This document shows positions 47,840 through 56,835 of a stretch of DNA of 64,000 bases, one piece after another. Numbering within the stretch: the first letter of the stretch is position 1; each line of letters starts with the position of its first letter. Source of the DNA: Thermoproteota archaeon (GTDB lineage: Archaea; Korarchaeota; Korarchaeia; Korarchaeales; JAOZGB01); contig JAVCBU010000006.1 of NCBI GenBank assembly GCA_037917685.1, positions 224,001-288,000 of the forward strand, written 5' to 3'. The notes beneath the pieces were generated by a model. The model saw only the letters and a list, made by a program, of their open reading frames with translations. It was not told the DNA's origin and searched no databases. A program made the translations under genes and the position numbers.

Positions 47840-49090
47840 GTGATGATGCCTGTAGATTACTATATGGCTACCAGGAGATGTAGACTTGTAAACTTAGCAT
47901 CCCAGCTCCAAAATCCTACTCTCGTGAGGATAGATATTAATGTCCCTTTAAAGAACGGTAGAATTATAGAGAACAGCTTGCGACTTGACGTATACGCTCA
48001 CGTGCTAGAGCTACTCTCTGAATACACTGGACTTGTAGTGCTAGCACATCAAGGGAGGCCTGGCGAGCCAGAGCTAATACCGCTTAGGCAGCACTGGATC
48101 ATATTGAGAAAGTTACTTCCATCCGAAATAGATATAGAGTATATCCCAGCAGATAAAATGTTAACAAAAGAAACCAAGGAGAAAATTTTGAAACTAGAGG
48201 TCAGGCAGATCATCTTAATGGACAATGTAAGACTTTTAAGAGATGAATACAACTTCGGTCCTGAAGCAGCGCTCTACCGGTTTTTCAAAGGGACAATAAA
48301 GACATGTGTAAATGATGCAATACCTGTATGGCATAGAAACCACACGAGCTTAATGATGCTCCCTTACATAGGAAAGACCTACGTTGGGATAAGATCGACC
48401 TACGAGCTAAAAGCTATATGGGATATAAACCATTCTTCCGAGACGTGCGGGATAATTATAGGTGGAAGCAAGTTTGAAAAGGCAGACTACATGTTCAGGC
48501 TACTTAAAAGGATGGACGCGTTTACAGGGGGCATCCCAGCCCAACTTGTTCTTATAGCAAAGGGATACGACATAGGAAGTAGAAACGAAGAATACGTGAA
48601 GGCTCATCTTAAACCAGAGCAGCTTCAGATCGCCAGGGAAATAGTCAGAAGATTTGACGTTAAACACCCGATAGATTTCGTTGTGTTAGAAAATAAAGTA
48701 CCAAAAGTGGTCCCACTTGAGAATTTAGGAGATTCAAAGGGATTGATAGTTGACATTGGCCCTGAAACCGTATATCTCTATGCAGACATGCTTCAGGAGA
48801 AGGAGATTAGAATAAGAGCTGGACCTCTTGGAATGTATGAATTAGGGTTTGGAAACGGGCTTAAACTTACTAAGATGATAGCGGGGAACGGATTGATATT
48901 TGTTGGAGGAGATACTACTCAAGAGCTAGTGATGTACAACATGGAGGAGGTGATTTCAAGAACAGGTGGCCTAGTGCTTATAAGTGGCAATGCTTTCCTT
49001 CACGGGCTCTCTGGTTTTAATTATCCATCAGTAGACTTGATAATAAAACAAGCGGAGGACAAGCTTCCCCCTATTCAATCTTTATCTTAG
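47840..49090 (+). CDS. pgk: Divergent phosphoglycerate kinase-like protein
   Basis: RIDINVP, HQGRPG, NVR, NDA..HR, GGSK, DIGPET, GPLGMYE; C-terminal Gly motifs altered. Confidence 0.8.
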   Translation: MMMPVDYYMATRRCRLVNLASQLQNPTLVRIDINVPLKNGRIIENSLRLDVYAHVLELLSEYTGLVVLAHQGRPGEPELIPLRQHWIILRKLLPSEIDIEYIPADKMLTKETKEKILKLEVRQIILMDNVRLLRDEYNFGPEAALYRFFKGTIKTCVNDAIPVWHRNHTSLMMLPYIGKTYVGIRSTYELKAIWDINHSSETCGIIIGGSKFEKADYMFRLLKRMDAFTGGIPAQLVLIAKGYDIGSRNEEYVKAHLKPEQLQIAREIVRRFDVKHPIDFVVLENKVPKVVPLENLGDSKGLIVDIGPETVYLYADMLQEKEIRIRAGPLGMYELGFGNGLKLTKMIAGNGLIFVGGDTTQELVMYNMEEVISRTGGLVLISGNAFLHGLSGFNYPSVDLIIKQAEDKLPPIQSLS

Positions 49091-49631
49091 TCCCCTTTCT
49101 AGCCTCCTTCTTTTTAACTCTTACCTCTAATATACCATTATTAAATGAGGCTTTTGATGTTTTTGGATCTACAGGTACTGGTATCGACTTCACGGTTTCA
49201 TATTTTCTATCTTTCCTCTCAGCTTTTATGTAGATGCTATCCTCCCTCATCTCAAGCTCTATATCCTCCTTGTTCACCCCAGGAAGCTCGGCTATAATCA
49301 CTATTTCATCATCCTCCTCCATTATGTCTATTAACGGTTCCCTCTTATCACTCACCACCGGCCTCCCAGCGATTCCTGGCCTTACATTTCCAAACTCCCT
49401 GAACACAGGTTTACCATCAGGTCCAATGCTGTACGAAAATCCGTAGACTATAGGACCTACCTCTCTAATGGTTCCATATGGGGTCTTACGTTCTCTCACG
49501 AGCTCCTCAGGAAATGAAATCATATCCTCAAACATTTCCTCCATCATTTCCCTAAAATACTCAAAAATGTCCATTTCTCCCTCGAAATCCTCCGGAAATC
49601 TTCTTTTACGTCTCCACCAAGACAAGTTCAT
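49071..49631 (-). CDS. hsp20: Archaeal small heat-shock protein Hsp20
   Basis: GPIVYGFSYSIGPDGKP.FREFGNV, REPLID, AELPGV, ASFNNGILEV; SD GGTGA near 49631. Confidence 0.95.
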   Translation of the reverse strand: MNLSWWRRKRRFPEDFEGEMDIFEYFREMMEEMFEDMISFPEELVRERKTPYGTIREVGPIVYGFSYSIGPDGKPVFREFGNVRPGIAGRPVVSDKREPLIDIMEEDDEIVIIAELPGVNKEDIELEMREDSIYIKAERKDRKYETVKSIPVPVDPKTSKASFNNGILEVRVKKKEARKGTKIKIE

Positions 49632-49742
49632 CACCTTAACTATAATAGCTCCTGCTTCCAATATTAAAATTTCAACAGACAACAATTAGGAGGATAATCT
49701 TCGACGTTCAATTTCAACCTTTAAATTTTAGAGTTACCCTTC

Positions 49743-50252
49743 TTGATTATAGTGGAAGAGAACCTGAAAAACCTGTTTATTTCCATAATCGCCAGATCTG
49801 GCAGAGTTGAAGGAATAAAATACTCAACTTTGAAGAAAATATTTGGTCAAGATATTGATAATATGCTTGAAAAACTAAATGAGAGGATCAAAGACCTTGG
49901 ACTTAAAGTGGAGAGAATAAAGAGAGGCAACAGAGTAACTATTAAACCTCTAAGCCCGGTATCAAGTATTAAATTAACTCCCTTAGATAGCAACGCACTT
50001 GCAGCATTGGCTATCATCCTTGCCTTAATTGTTCTAAAGCAAGAGGCTGTCGACAAAGAAGATTACTTTAAAATAATGGAAAGGAAGGTTGGCCGAACTG
50101 AAGCCAAGATCTGTCTTGGAGAGCTTATCAGGGACGGATATATTGAGGAAAGAGGTGGGAAACTGTTTGCTGGTTGGAGATCTGAAGTTGAAGTTGACAT
50201 GGAAAAGCTGAGAGATAAAATTGTTAAGACAATAGAGGAGATGTCAAAATGA
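49743..50252 (+). CDS. Hypothetical tandem winged-helix (kite/ScpB/Nse-like) protein
   Basis: LEKLNERIKDLGLKV, ALAALAIIL, LGELIRDGYIEE..GWRSEVE. Confidence 0.6.
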   Translation: MIIVEENLKNLFISIIARSGRVEGIKYSTLKKIFGQDIDNMLEKLNERIKDLGLKVERIKRGNRVTIKPLSPVSSIKLTPLDSNALAALAIILALIVLKQEAVDKEDYFKIMERKVGRTEAKICLGELIRDGYIEERGGKLFAGWRSEVEVDMEKLRDKIVKTIEEMSK

Positions 50253-50611
50253 AATACAGGGATCTCAATGTTTTAGTATGCCCTGAATGCAAAAGTTTTC
50301 CTCTAAAAATGTGGATAATCGAGAGAGAGAAGGGTGATAAACGATTCTTGAGTAGTAGATGCGAAAGATACTGTGCATTCCGAGGCTTAAGTGATCAACT
50401 ATCAGAAATTAACATCTCTACGTGTGAAGAATGCCAGATGTACGAAATAAGAGCAGGACTCCTCTTATGCAATAAATGTAAAAGGTGGTATCCAATATTT
50501 GAGGGGGTACCTGTATTATTCAAAGCTGCACAGAGAAACAGGGAAGTGGAAAAAGAGTTCCTCAAAAAATATGGAAGCAGGTTGCCTAAAGAGATTAAAG
50601 TTGAAGAATAA
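50249..50611 (+). CDS. trm112: Trm112-family methyltransferase activator
   Basis: LVCPECKSFPL...GLLLCNKCKRWYPIFEGVPVL. Confidence 0.88.
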   Translation: MKYRDLNVLVCPECKSFPLKMWIIEREKGDKRFLSSRCERYCAFRGLSDQLSEINISTCEECQMYEIRAGLLLCNKCKRWYPIFEGVPVLFKAAQRNREVEKEFLKKYGSRLPKEIKVEE

Positions 50612-51107
50612 ACCTCCTCTGAAGCTCGATTACCTCAGAACTGTTTTCAGCTTGGGAGTAGGCCTCTAAGTAATCCTTGTTCATATTGACAAAAACAATA
50701 CCCCATTTAAATATCGAAGCAAGCTTCAAAGCTAGTGCTTTAAAATCCATTATATACAAAGCTGCTACTGTAGCCTCTAAACTAGAAAGTTTAGCAGGTT
50801 TACCGAAATTGATGGGATTAGCAGCGATAAGGAAAGGCAGTGATCTCTGAGTACCCATAGGAAACTTTCCATATTTTAGCTTTGCCCAGGATGCATCCAC
50901 AACGATTAAACCCCGTTTAACAGCTACTTCCCTATCTGCTTTGCTAAGGGCAATCTTGGAGAATGGATTGAGAACGACACCTCGTGGAACCTGTTTAAAG
51001 TCTCGAACAATGGTTCCGAAACCCATCCTCTTCATCTTTTTCCCTGTGCACTTCTTAGGATCGCACTCTCCATAATGGAGAATATAAATTCTAACAGCAT
51101 TCTTCAT
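50595..51107 (-). CDS. tsr3: rRNA aminocarboxypropyltransferase Tsr3 (DUF367)
   Basis: CDPKKCTG, DASW, RSLPFLIAANPINFG, LSSLEA, FKWG. Confidence 0.95.
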   Translation of the reverse strand: MKNAVRIYILHYGECDPKKCTGKKMKRMGFGTIVRDFKQVPRGVVLNPFSKIALSKADREVAVKRGLIVVDASWAKLKYGKFPMGTQRSLPFLIAANPINFGKPAKLSSLEATVAALYIMDFKALALKLASIFKWGIVFVNMNKDYLEAYSQAENSSEVIELQRRFILQL

Positions 51108-51525
51108 TCTTCACCATCATGTTAAACCTTTCAATGTCACAGAAATTCCTTTCAATCCAATGCACAACTCCCTGTATTTGCCTTGGAAAACCTTCAATAA
51201 GGGCTAACATATTTCTTACTGTTTCATCGACATGCCCTCCATACTGTACTATCAAATTCTTAATAGTAGAATAAAGCCTTCCTCCTTCATGATCAAAGTC
51301 TGTTAGAATAATAAATGATCTCCGGGACCCTATAGCTCTCTCTCCATCATTCATAACTCTACTAATGAATATGGACGCATATGCGTATTTTCCATTCACT
51401 CCAAGGCTTTCCAAAGCGCTTTTGTCCTTAACCCCCTCTACTATCACAAGAGAACCCGTTCTGGCGAGAAATCTAAGCCTTCTAAAGGCTTCTAACAGTT
51501 TTAACTGTCTCTCAGATGGCTTCAT
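51091..51525 (-). CDS. Small TOPRIM-domain protein
   Basis: IVEGVKD..AL..LG, ILTDFDHEG. Confidence 0.88.
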   Translation of the reverse strand: MKPSERQLKLLEAFRRLRFLARTGSLVIVEGVKDKSALESLGVNGKYAYASIFISRVMNDGERAIGSRRSFIILTDFDHEGGRLYSTIKNLIVQYGGHVDETVRNMLALIEGFPRQIQGVVHWIERNFCDIERFNMMVKNEECC

Positions 51526-51584
51526 CTTACTCTTCTATAATTGTAGATCATGATTTAAAATTATAACCACCCCCTAGAATACCA

Positions 51585-54443
51585 ATGAACGTTAGGGTCG
51601 CCCTAATTCTAATCTTAATTTTAGGCTTCAGCGAATCAGCAACGAGATCCCAGAGCATACAGACAATATCCGGAAGGACTATAGACTTTTACTCGGGGAA
51701 ACCAGTGCCCAATGTCACTGTAATTCTCCTAAATTCTAAGAGTCTAAGAAAATTCCAAGGCCTTTCCGATGGGGAAGGAAACTTTGAAATCCCTGTGGAG
51801 CCAGGCGAGTACTACATATACTCATATTACGACTCACCTTCAACACTTGGATTTGACTCTCCGCTTATCAGGTCTAAAAATACCTACAAGCCTGGCTCCA
51901 TAAACATTACAATACCAATAACACCAGGCGGCTCGATAGTTTTAGAGGGGGTTCTCTGGGATGTTGGATTAGGATATCCAGACTTCTACGCCTTCACGTT
52001 AAATATCTCAATGGATTTAGGTGAATTTTACACGGTTAAAACGTTTGGTAACCCGCCTTACAAGTATAAGGAGGGAGATGAGATACGATACATCGATTTC
52101 GACAAGAGGACGGTGTTAGTTCCATGCAGAACCGTCGAATTAATGTTAAGCCTCTTGTACCTAAACATATCTGTCGGCAGTCTCTTCTCCTCCTTTGAGA
52201 TAAAAATTTGCGATAAAACCGGGGAGGGTTTCAGTATAAAACAAGGAGAAAGTCTAACGATAAACTTAGAACACGTCATGATTCCTTGGAATGTAAAAAG
52301 GGCGGAGAAATCCATCTCTAAAACTAGATCCCTGATTTCCTCAATGGAAAACACAGGTTTTTACCTGGCTGTCGAAAAAGAACGGCTGAATGAGGCTGAA
52401 AGGCTTCTATCAGAACTGGTAACGTCGTCTAACCTGTCATTTCTCGAGTATAAGGAACCCATATATGAAGCATACCATATCGCAAGCTGGGAGGTACCAA
52501 GAAGGATAGAGCTGATGAGGATAAAAGCTAGGTCTAGTGCATTAGTTCTACCGCTATATGTATCCTTATTCTCAATTCTATTATCATATTTTATTTACGA
52601 TGAGAGAAGGAGGAAGCTTACTCAAGCATATGTACTACTGTCTATTTCGTCGTCGGCCTTGTTGTATTTCATCTTTCCTGGCGCTAAGTTTTTAGTGCCG
52701 CATTTATACATACTATCATCGCTGTCATCTATATTGGTTGTTTACTTCCTTCTCTTCAAGCTTCCTAACAAACTTACGAAAGAACTTAAGGTAGAAGGGC
52801 TGGTTTCCTTTAAGGATTTAATAACCGTTTTTTCATCGCTAGCCGTACGAAACCTTAAAAGGAGAAAGATTAGGGCTTTCTTTACAGTACTAAGCATAGC
52901 AATATTGGCAGCTGCATTTACCGATATGACATCATTCTCCGTTGTCTACGGGGTTAAAACGGAAAACTTAAACATACAATACTTAGATAACATGGCATAC
53001 CTCGTTATACCTTCGCAGAGATTCGATTCAGCTCCCATACCATTAGAAGAAGTAAACTGGTTGATCGAGTATTATAAAACCTCGGAATTCCACGTTAAAA
53101 TGGAGACATTTCCAACCTACCCAGTCGAGTTCGCGAAAATAGGATCTGGCGAAAGAATCATCGGCATACATGGCGTTATAGGACTAGCAGACAATATCAC
53201 AGAGCAAATCTTCCATTTGAGACCAAGAAGTGAAGATTGGATCATTATCTCTGAAAGATTAAGCATAGCAATGGGGCTAAGTGTGGGCGACACCGTCCAG
53301 ATTTATGCGCAGGAGCCTAGTGGGTACGTATCAGCGTTAAACCTGACCGTTATAAATGTCATAAGCGACAACGAAGTAGAAACAGTGGTAGATCCAGATG
53401 GAACCTCGTTCTTACCAGTTAAAGATCCGAATACGGGGGAAAGATGCAAGCCAGAGGAAACCATAATAATTGGGCTTCAATCATGTAAGGCGCTTGCTAG
53501 ATCCATCCCGCTGAAGACCTCAGGCATATACGTTTTCTCGGAGCCTGAGATGTTATCAAGACTAGCCTACAAGTTCGCCTCGATGAGAATGTATAACGTT
53601 TACTTACATCACAATGGCAGGGTTAAGCTTTACCATATTGGCGAAAAACTTGAAATTAGAGGATTAGGTCCTCTTTTAATTCCCATGTTAATAGTAATAT
53701 CAAATGTTGCCGCTGTGACCCTTAATACCGTGTATGAAAGGATGAATGAAGCTAGATTACTATCAAACCTAGGGCTGAATCCTAAGTATATCTCGACGGT
53801 ATTCATGATGGAGTCAATAGTGACAAGTATGATAGGCGGATTTCTTGGCTACTTTACTGGTCTTCTAATCTATAGAGGCATGGTGTTTTTCAGTTCATCT
53901 TTACTAGTTAGGGAGAAAGTTGAGTGGTACTGGCCTATAATAGCTGTATTCCTCTCACTGGCTGTTTCTACACTAGCTTCTGCCAAGTTCGCTGTCACGG
54001 CGTCTCTTAAAATAGTTCCATCCAGGATGCGGAAAAAAGTGAAAACCGATGCTAGAGCGAGATTTAAAGCATATGGGGTTAGGACATACTCTATGCCGGT
54101 TAGAGTACCTATAATCGATGAAGAGTTTTTCCTGGGATTTATAGAATCGGAACTGTCAAGCTATAGGGGTTACACCCAAAGTGTAAGCGAAGTTAGGAGG
54201 GAAAAGCATGTTGAAGACGGTAAAGTTATAGTAACACTTTCATATAAGTATAAAAGACTCTATGGAGCTAAACACCATGAGATTGTGGTTAAACTTCGCC
54301 TCATCAAGTATCCTGACCGCGATTACTATCTTATAAATGCTGAGGCATCTCCAGTTATACCTGGGACCCCTGAGAAAGCTTTAGATGATGCAATATCATT
54401 TCTTAGAGATATCTTAATGTATTGGTGTAGAAGTAGGGCATGA
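51585..54443 (+). CDS. Large FtsX/MacB-like permease-domain membrane protein with extracellular N-terminal domain
   Basis: Signal peptide; GRTIDFYSGKPV carboxypeptidase-regulatory-like domain; RNLKRRKIRA..T; VYERMNE..LGLNP..F..E. Confidence 0.82.
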   Translation: MNVRVALILILILGFSESATRSQSIQTISGRTIDFYSGKPVPNVTVILLNSKSLRKFQGLSDGEGNFEIPVEPGEYYIYSYYDSPSTLGFDSPLIRSKNTYKPGSINITIPITPGGSIVLEGVLWDVGLGYPDFYAFTLNISMDLGEFYTVKTFGNPPYKYKEGDEIRYIDFDKRTVLVPCRTVELMLSLLYLNISVGSLFSSFEIKICDKTGEGFSIKQGESLTINLEHVMIPWNVKRAEKSISKTRSLISSMENTGFYLAVEKERLNEAERLLSELVTSSNLSFLEYKEPIYEAYHIASWEVPRRIELMRIKARSSALVLPLYVSLFSILLSYFIYDERRRKLTQAYVLLSISSSALLYFIFPGAKFLVPHLYILSSLSSILVVYFLLFKLPNKLTKELKVEGLVSFKDLITVFSSLAVRNLKRRKIRAFFTVLSIAILAAAFTDMTSFSVVYGVKTENLNIQYLDNMAYLVIPSQRFDSAPIPLEEVNWLIEYYKTSEFHVKMETFPTYPVEFAKIGSGERIIGIHGVIGLADNITEQIFHLRPRSEDWIIISERLSIAMGLSVGDTVQIYAQEPSGYVSALNLTVINVISDNEVETVVDPDGTSFLPVKDPNTGERCKPEETIIIGLQSCKALARSIPLKTSGIYVFSEPEMLSRLAYKFASMRMYNVYLHHNGRVKLYHIGEKLEIRGLGPLLIPMLIVISNVAAVTLNTVYERMNEARLLSNLGLNPKYISTVFMMESIVTSMIGGFLGYFTGLLIYRGMVFFSSSLLVREKVEWYWPIIAVFLSLAVSTLASAKFAVTASLKIVPSRMRKKVKTDARARFKAYGVRTYSMPVRVPIIDEEFFLGFIESELSSYRGYTQSVSEVRREKHVEDGKVIVTLSYKYKRLYGAKHHEIVVKLRLIKYPDRDYYLINAEASPVIPGTPEKALDDAISFLRDILMYWCRSRA

Positions 54444-54487
54444 CGTAATAGTTTTAAGCATTAACCTAGCTATAAGGATGACCAGAG

Positions 54488-55288
54488 TTGGACCTCATAA
54501 CAAGGTTGATAGTAGGAACAATAGTGTGCCTAGTAATAGGGCTCCTGAGTTATAGAAAGAAGCTAGTTGACATGTCCGGCTTAATAGCTGGAATGATAGT
54601 TGGCGTAGGGATTTTCGCTATGGGAGGGTGGGAGCTGTATGTTCTCATCTTATCATTCCATCTTACGGCAGGCTTTTTCACCCATTACAAGTATGGGGAG
54701 AAATTGAAGAAGGGAGTTGCAGAGTTCAAGGGAGGCGCTAGAAGATGGAGTAATGTGTTTGCCAACGGCTTGGTACCGCTTGCCGCAGCATTTCTTGAGT
54801 TTGCTTCGAAAAAGGAGATATACCTGCTAGCCTATATGGGTTCTGTCTCAGCAGGCCTATCAGATACCTTAAGTAATGAAATAGGTGTCCTCAACCCCTC
54901 GCCTCCTCGGTTGATAACTAAACTTAAGGATAAAGTACCTCCAGGTACACCAGGTGGAGTCTCCCCGCTGGGTATACTAACTTCTTTCCTAAGCCCATTA
55001 CTGATAGGAATCCTTGCTGTCTTTTTGAATGTAGCGAGGCCGGAACACATACCCATTATAATGTCAGCTGGGGCAGCCGGAAGCATAATTGATAGTATCG
55101 TTGGAGCAAGCATACAGGCAATGTACCGTTGCAGTAGGTGTGGAAAACTAACTGAGAGAGAGTACCACTGTGGTAAAAAGGCGGTCCTCGTCAGAGGATC
55201 AACAAAGGTTAACAATCATGTAGTCAACCTTATAATGAGCGTTACCGGAGCTTGTGTTTCAATTCTGCTCTGGCAGCTCTTTTCATAG
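54488..55288 (+). CDS. DUF92 / TMEM19 family membrane protein
   Basis: R.WSNVFANG, SDTLSNEIG, PPGTPGGVSPLG, DSIVGASIQ, NNHVVN. Confidence 0.92.
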   Translation: MDLITRLIVGTIVCLVIGLLSYRKKLVDMSGLIAGMIVGVGIFAMGGWELYVLILSFHLTAGFFTHYKYGEKLKKGVAEFKGGARRWSNVFANGLVPLAAAFLEFASKKEIYLLAYMGSVSAGLSDTLSNEIGVLNPSPPRLITKLKDKVPPGTPGGVSPLGILTSFLSPLLIGILAVFLNVARPEHIPIIMSAGAAGSIIDSIVGASIQAMYRCSRCGKLTEREYHCGKKAVLVRGSTKVNNHVVNLIMSVTGACVSILLWQLFS

Positions 55289-55297
55289 AGCCACGGT

Positions 55298-55339
55298 AAA
55301 ATTTAAGTAAGGGTTTTAATTCTATTCTAGCTGGAGGTG
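55298..55339 (+). promoter_or_regulatory. TATA-like box and strong Shine-Dalgarno upstream of tfb
   Basis: AAAATTTAAG (~55298-55307) and GGAGGTG (55333-55339). Confidence 0.6.
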
Positions 55340-55347
55340 TTATTAAA

Positions 55348-56250
55348 TTAGTCGAAAACCTTAAAAAGCATATTCGCTGCCCCACCTGCGGGAGCAGCGA
55401 TATAGCAAGCGATCCTGACACCGGAGAACTCGTATGTGTAGAGTGCGGCCGGATAATAAGTGAAAGAATGGTTGACGTCGGCAAAGACTGGAGGGCATTT
55501 AGCAACGAGGAATACCAGTCAAGAGCCCATGTAGGAATAGCGATAACACCTACCCGGATAAACTACGGACTTGACACTTCCATAGTTTCAGGCGGGGAGT
55601 CGAGGAAGATAACGGAAAAGCTTAAGAGGGCTCAGAGAAGGGTTACAAGCGGCGTTTCACGGGAAAAAGCCCTTAGAATAGCCCTTAAGAAACTTAGAAG
55701 AGCAGCTGTAAAGCTTAATCTCCCCCCTGCGGTGTACCAGGATGCAGCAATCCTGTATAGGAAAGCATCCGCGAAGGGCCTCGTAAAAGGCCGTAGCATG
55801 GATTCAATGTTGGCAGCCGTTGTCTACGCAGCCTGTAGAAGGACGCACACTCCCCGAAACCTTAGAGAAGTCGCGGAACATTTTAAGATGAAGGAGAAAG
55901 AGGTTGGAAGAAGCCTAAGGTTCCTATTTAAGGAAATAGGGATCCAGATACCGCCGCCAAGACCAACAGATTACGTGTCTAGAATAGCTTCAAAGCTTGA
56001 ACTTCCCGATAAACTAGTTGCTAGAAGCCTCCAAATCCTAAAAGTTGCTAAGGAAGTCGGAGTAACAATGGGTAAGGAACCCTGCGGTGTAGCCACCGCG
56101 GCGGTATACCTAGCATGCCAAGAGGCTGGAATTCATAAAACTCAAAGGGAGCTAGCTGAAGTTGCAGGCGTAACTGAGGTAACTGTTAGAAACAGGTTCA
56201 AGGAGCTACTAGAAAAAGTTAAACCTGTACTTGATCAGAGAAGGAGATAG
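55348..56250 (+). CDS. tfb: Transcription initiation factor TFB; start uncertain and apparently non-canonical
   Basis: In-frame Zn ribbon CPTCGS..D..TGELVCVECG upstream of ATG 55468; DWRAF B-reader; two cyclin repeats; TQRELAEVAGVTEVTVRNR. Confidence 0.93.
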   Translation, partial: LVENLKKHIRCPTCGSSDIASDPDTGELVCVECGRIISERMVDVGKDWRAFSNEEYQSRAHVGIAITPTRINYGLDTSIVSGGESRKITEKLKRAQRRVTSGVSREKALRIALKKLRRAAVKLNLPPAVYQDAAILYRKASAKGLVKGRSMDSMLAAVVYAACRRTHTPRNLREVAEHFKMKEKEVGRSLRFLFKEIGIQIPPPRPTDYVSRIASKLELPDKLVARSLQILKVAKEVGVTMGKEPCGVATAAVYLACQEAGIHKTQRELAEVAGVTEVTVRNRFKELLEKVKPVLDQRRR

Positions 56251-56254
56251 AGGA

Positions 56255-56569
56255 TTACTCTAGCTCAATACTGTCCTCCGGAATCCCCCATTCAACCAGC
56301 AACTTCTTAACCCTTGCTTTGTGGTTACCCTGAAGTATGATAACGCCGTCCTTAAATGAGCCGCCGCAGGCAAGTTTAGTTTTTAAGTCCGTGATAAATT
56401 TCTTAAGATCCAATCCTGAAGGATTTAGACCTTCGATCAATGTGACCTCTTTCCCCCATCTTCTTCTCTCGGTTCTGATCCTAACTATTTGCTGCTCCTT
56501 AGTTATCTCACCACATATACACAAGTCTTTGGGAAGCCCACAAACCGGACATCTCTCAGCCATACCCAC
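56255..56569 (-). CDS. sui1: Translation initiation factor aIF1 (SUI1)
   Basis: CPVCGLPKDLCIC, RRWGKEVTLIEG, LKTKLACGGS, LQGNH. Confidence 0.96.
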   Translation of the reverse strand: MGMAERCPVCGLPKDLCICGEITKEQQIVRIRTERRRWGKEVTLIEGLNPSGLDLKKFITDLKTKLACGGSFKDGVIILQGNHKARVKKLLVEWGIPEDSIELE

Positions 56570-56835
56570 TGCTCCTAACCCTTTCTACCTTAAACATCTT
56601 CAGCCTTATATAAAAATTAACAGGAACTATAGCAAATCTCGGTATTACAATAACTGTTATAAGTGTTACTATAAATTAAGCCTGATAAACCCTCTGTTTC
56701 TTTTAAAATAATACGTGAAACATAAACTACCCATAAAAGCTTGTTCCAAGAAAGAACTGGAGAAATAAAAGATTCGTGAAATGTTGCAAAACAAAACAGC
56801 TTTAAAAATACGCATATTACACATTGAGAGGTAAA

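Noticed and set aside
49632-49685. N-terminal extension of Hsp20 in the ORF track
   Set aside because: SD GGTGA and family similarity point to a start at 49631 or 49625; the extension covers the likely promoter
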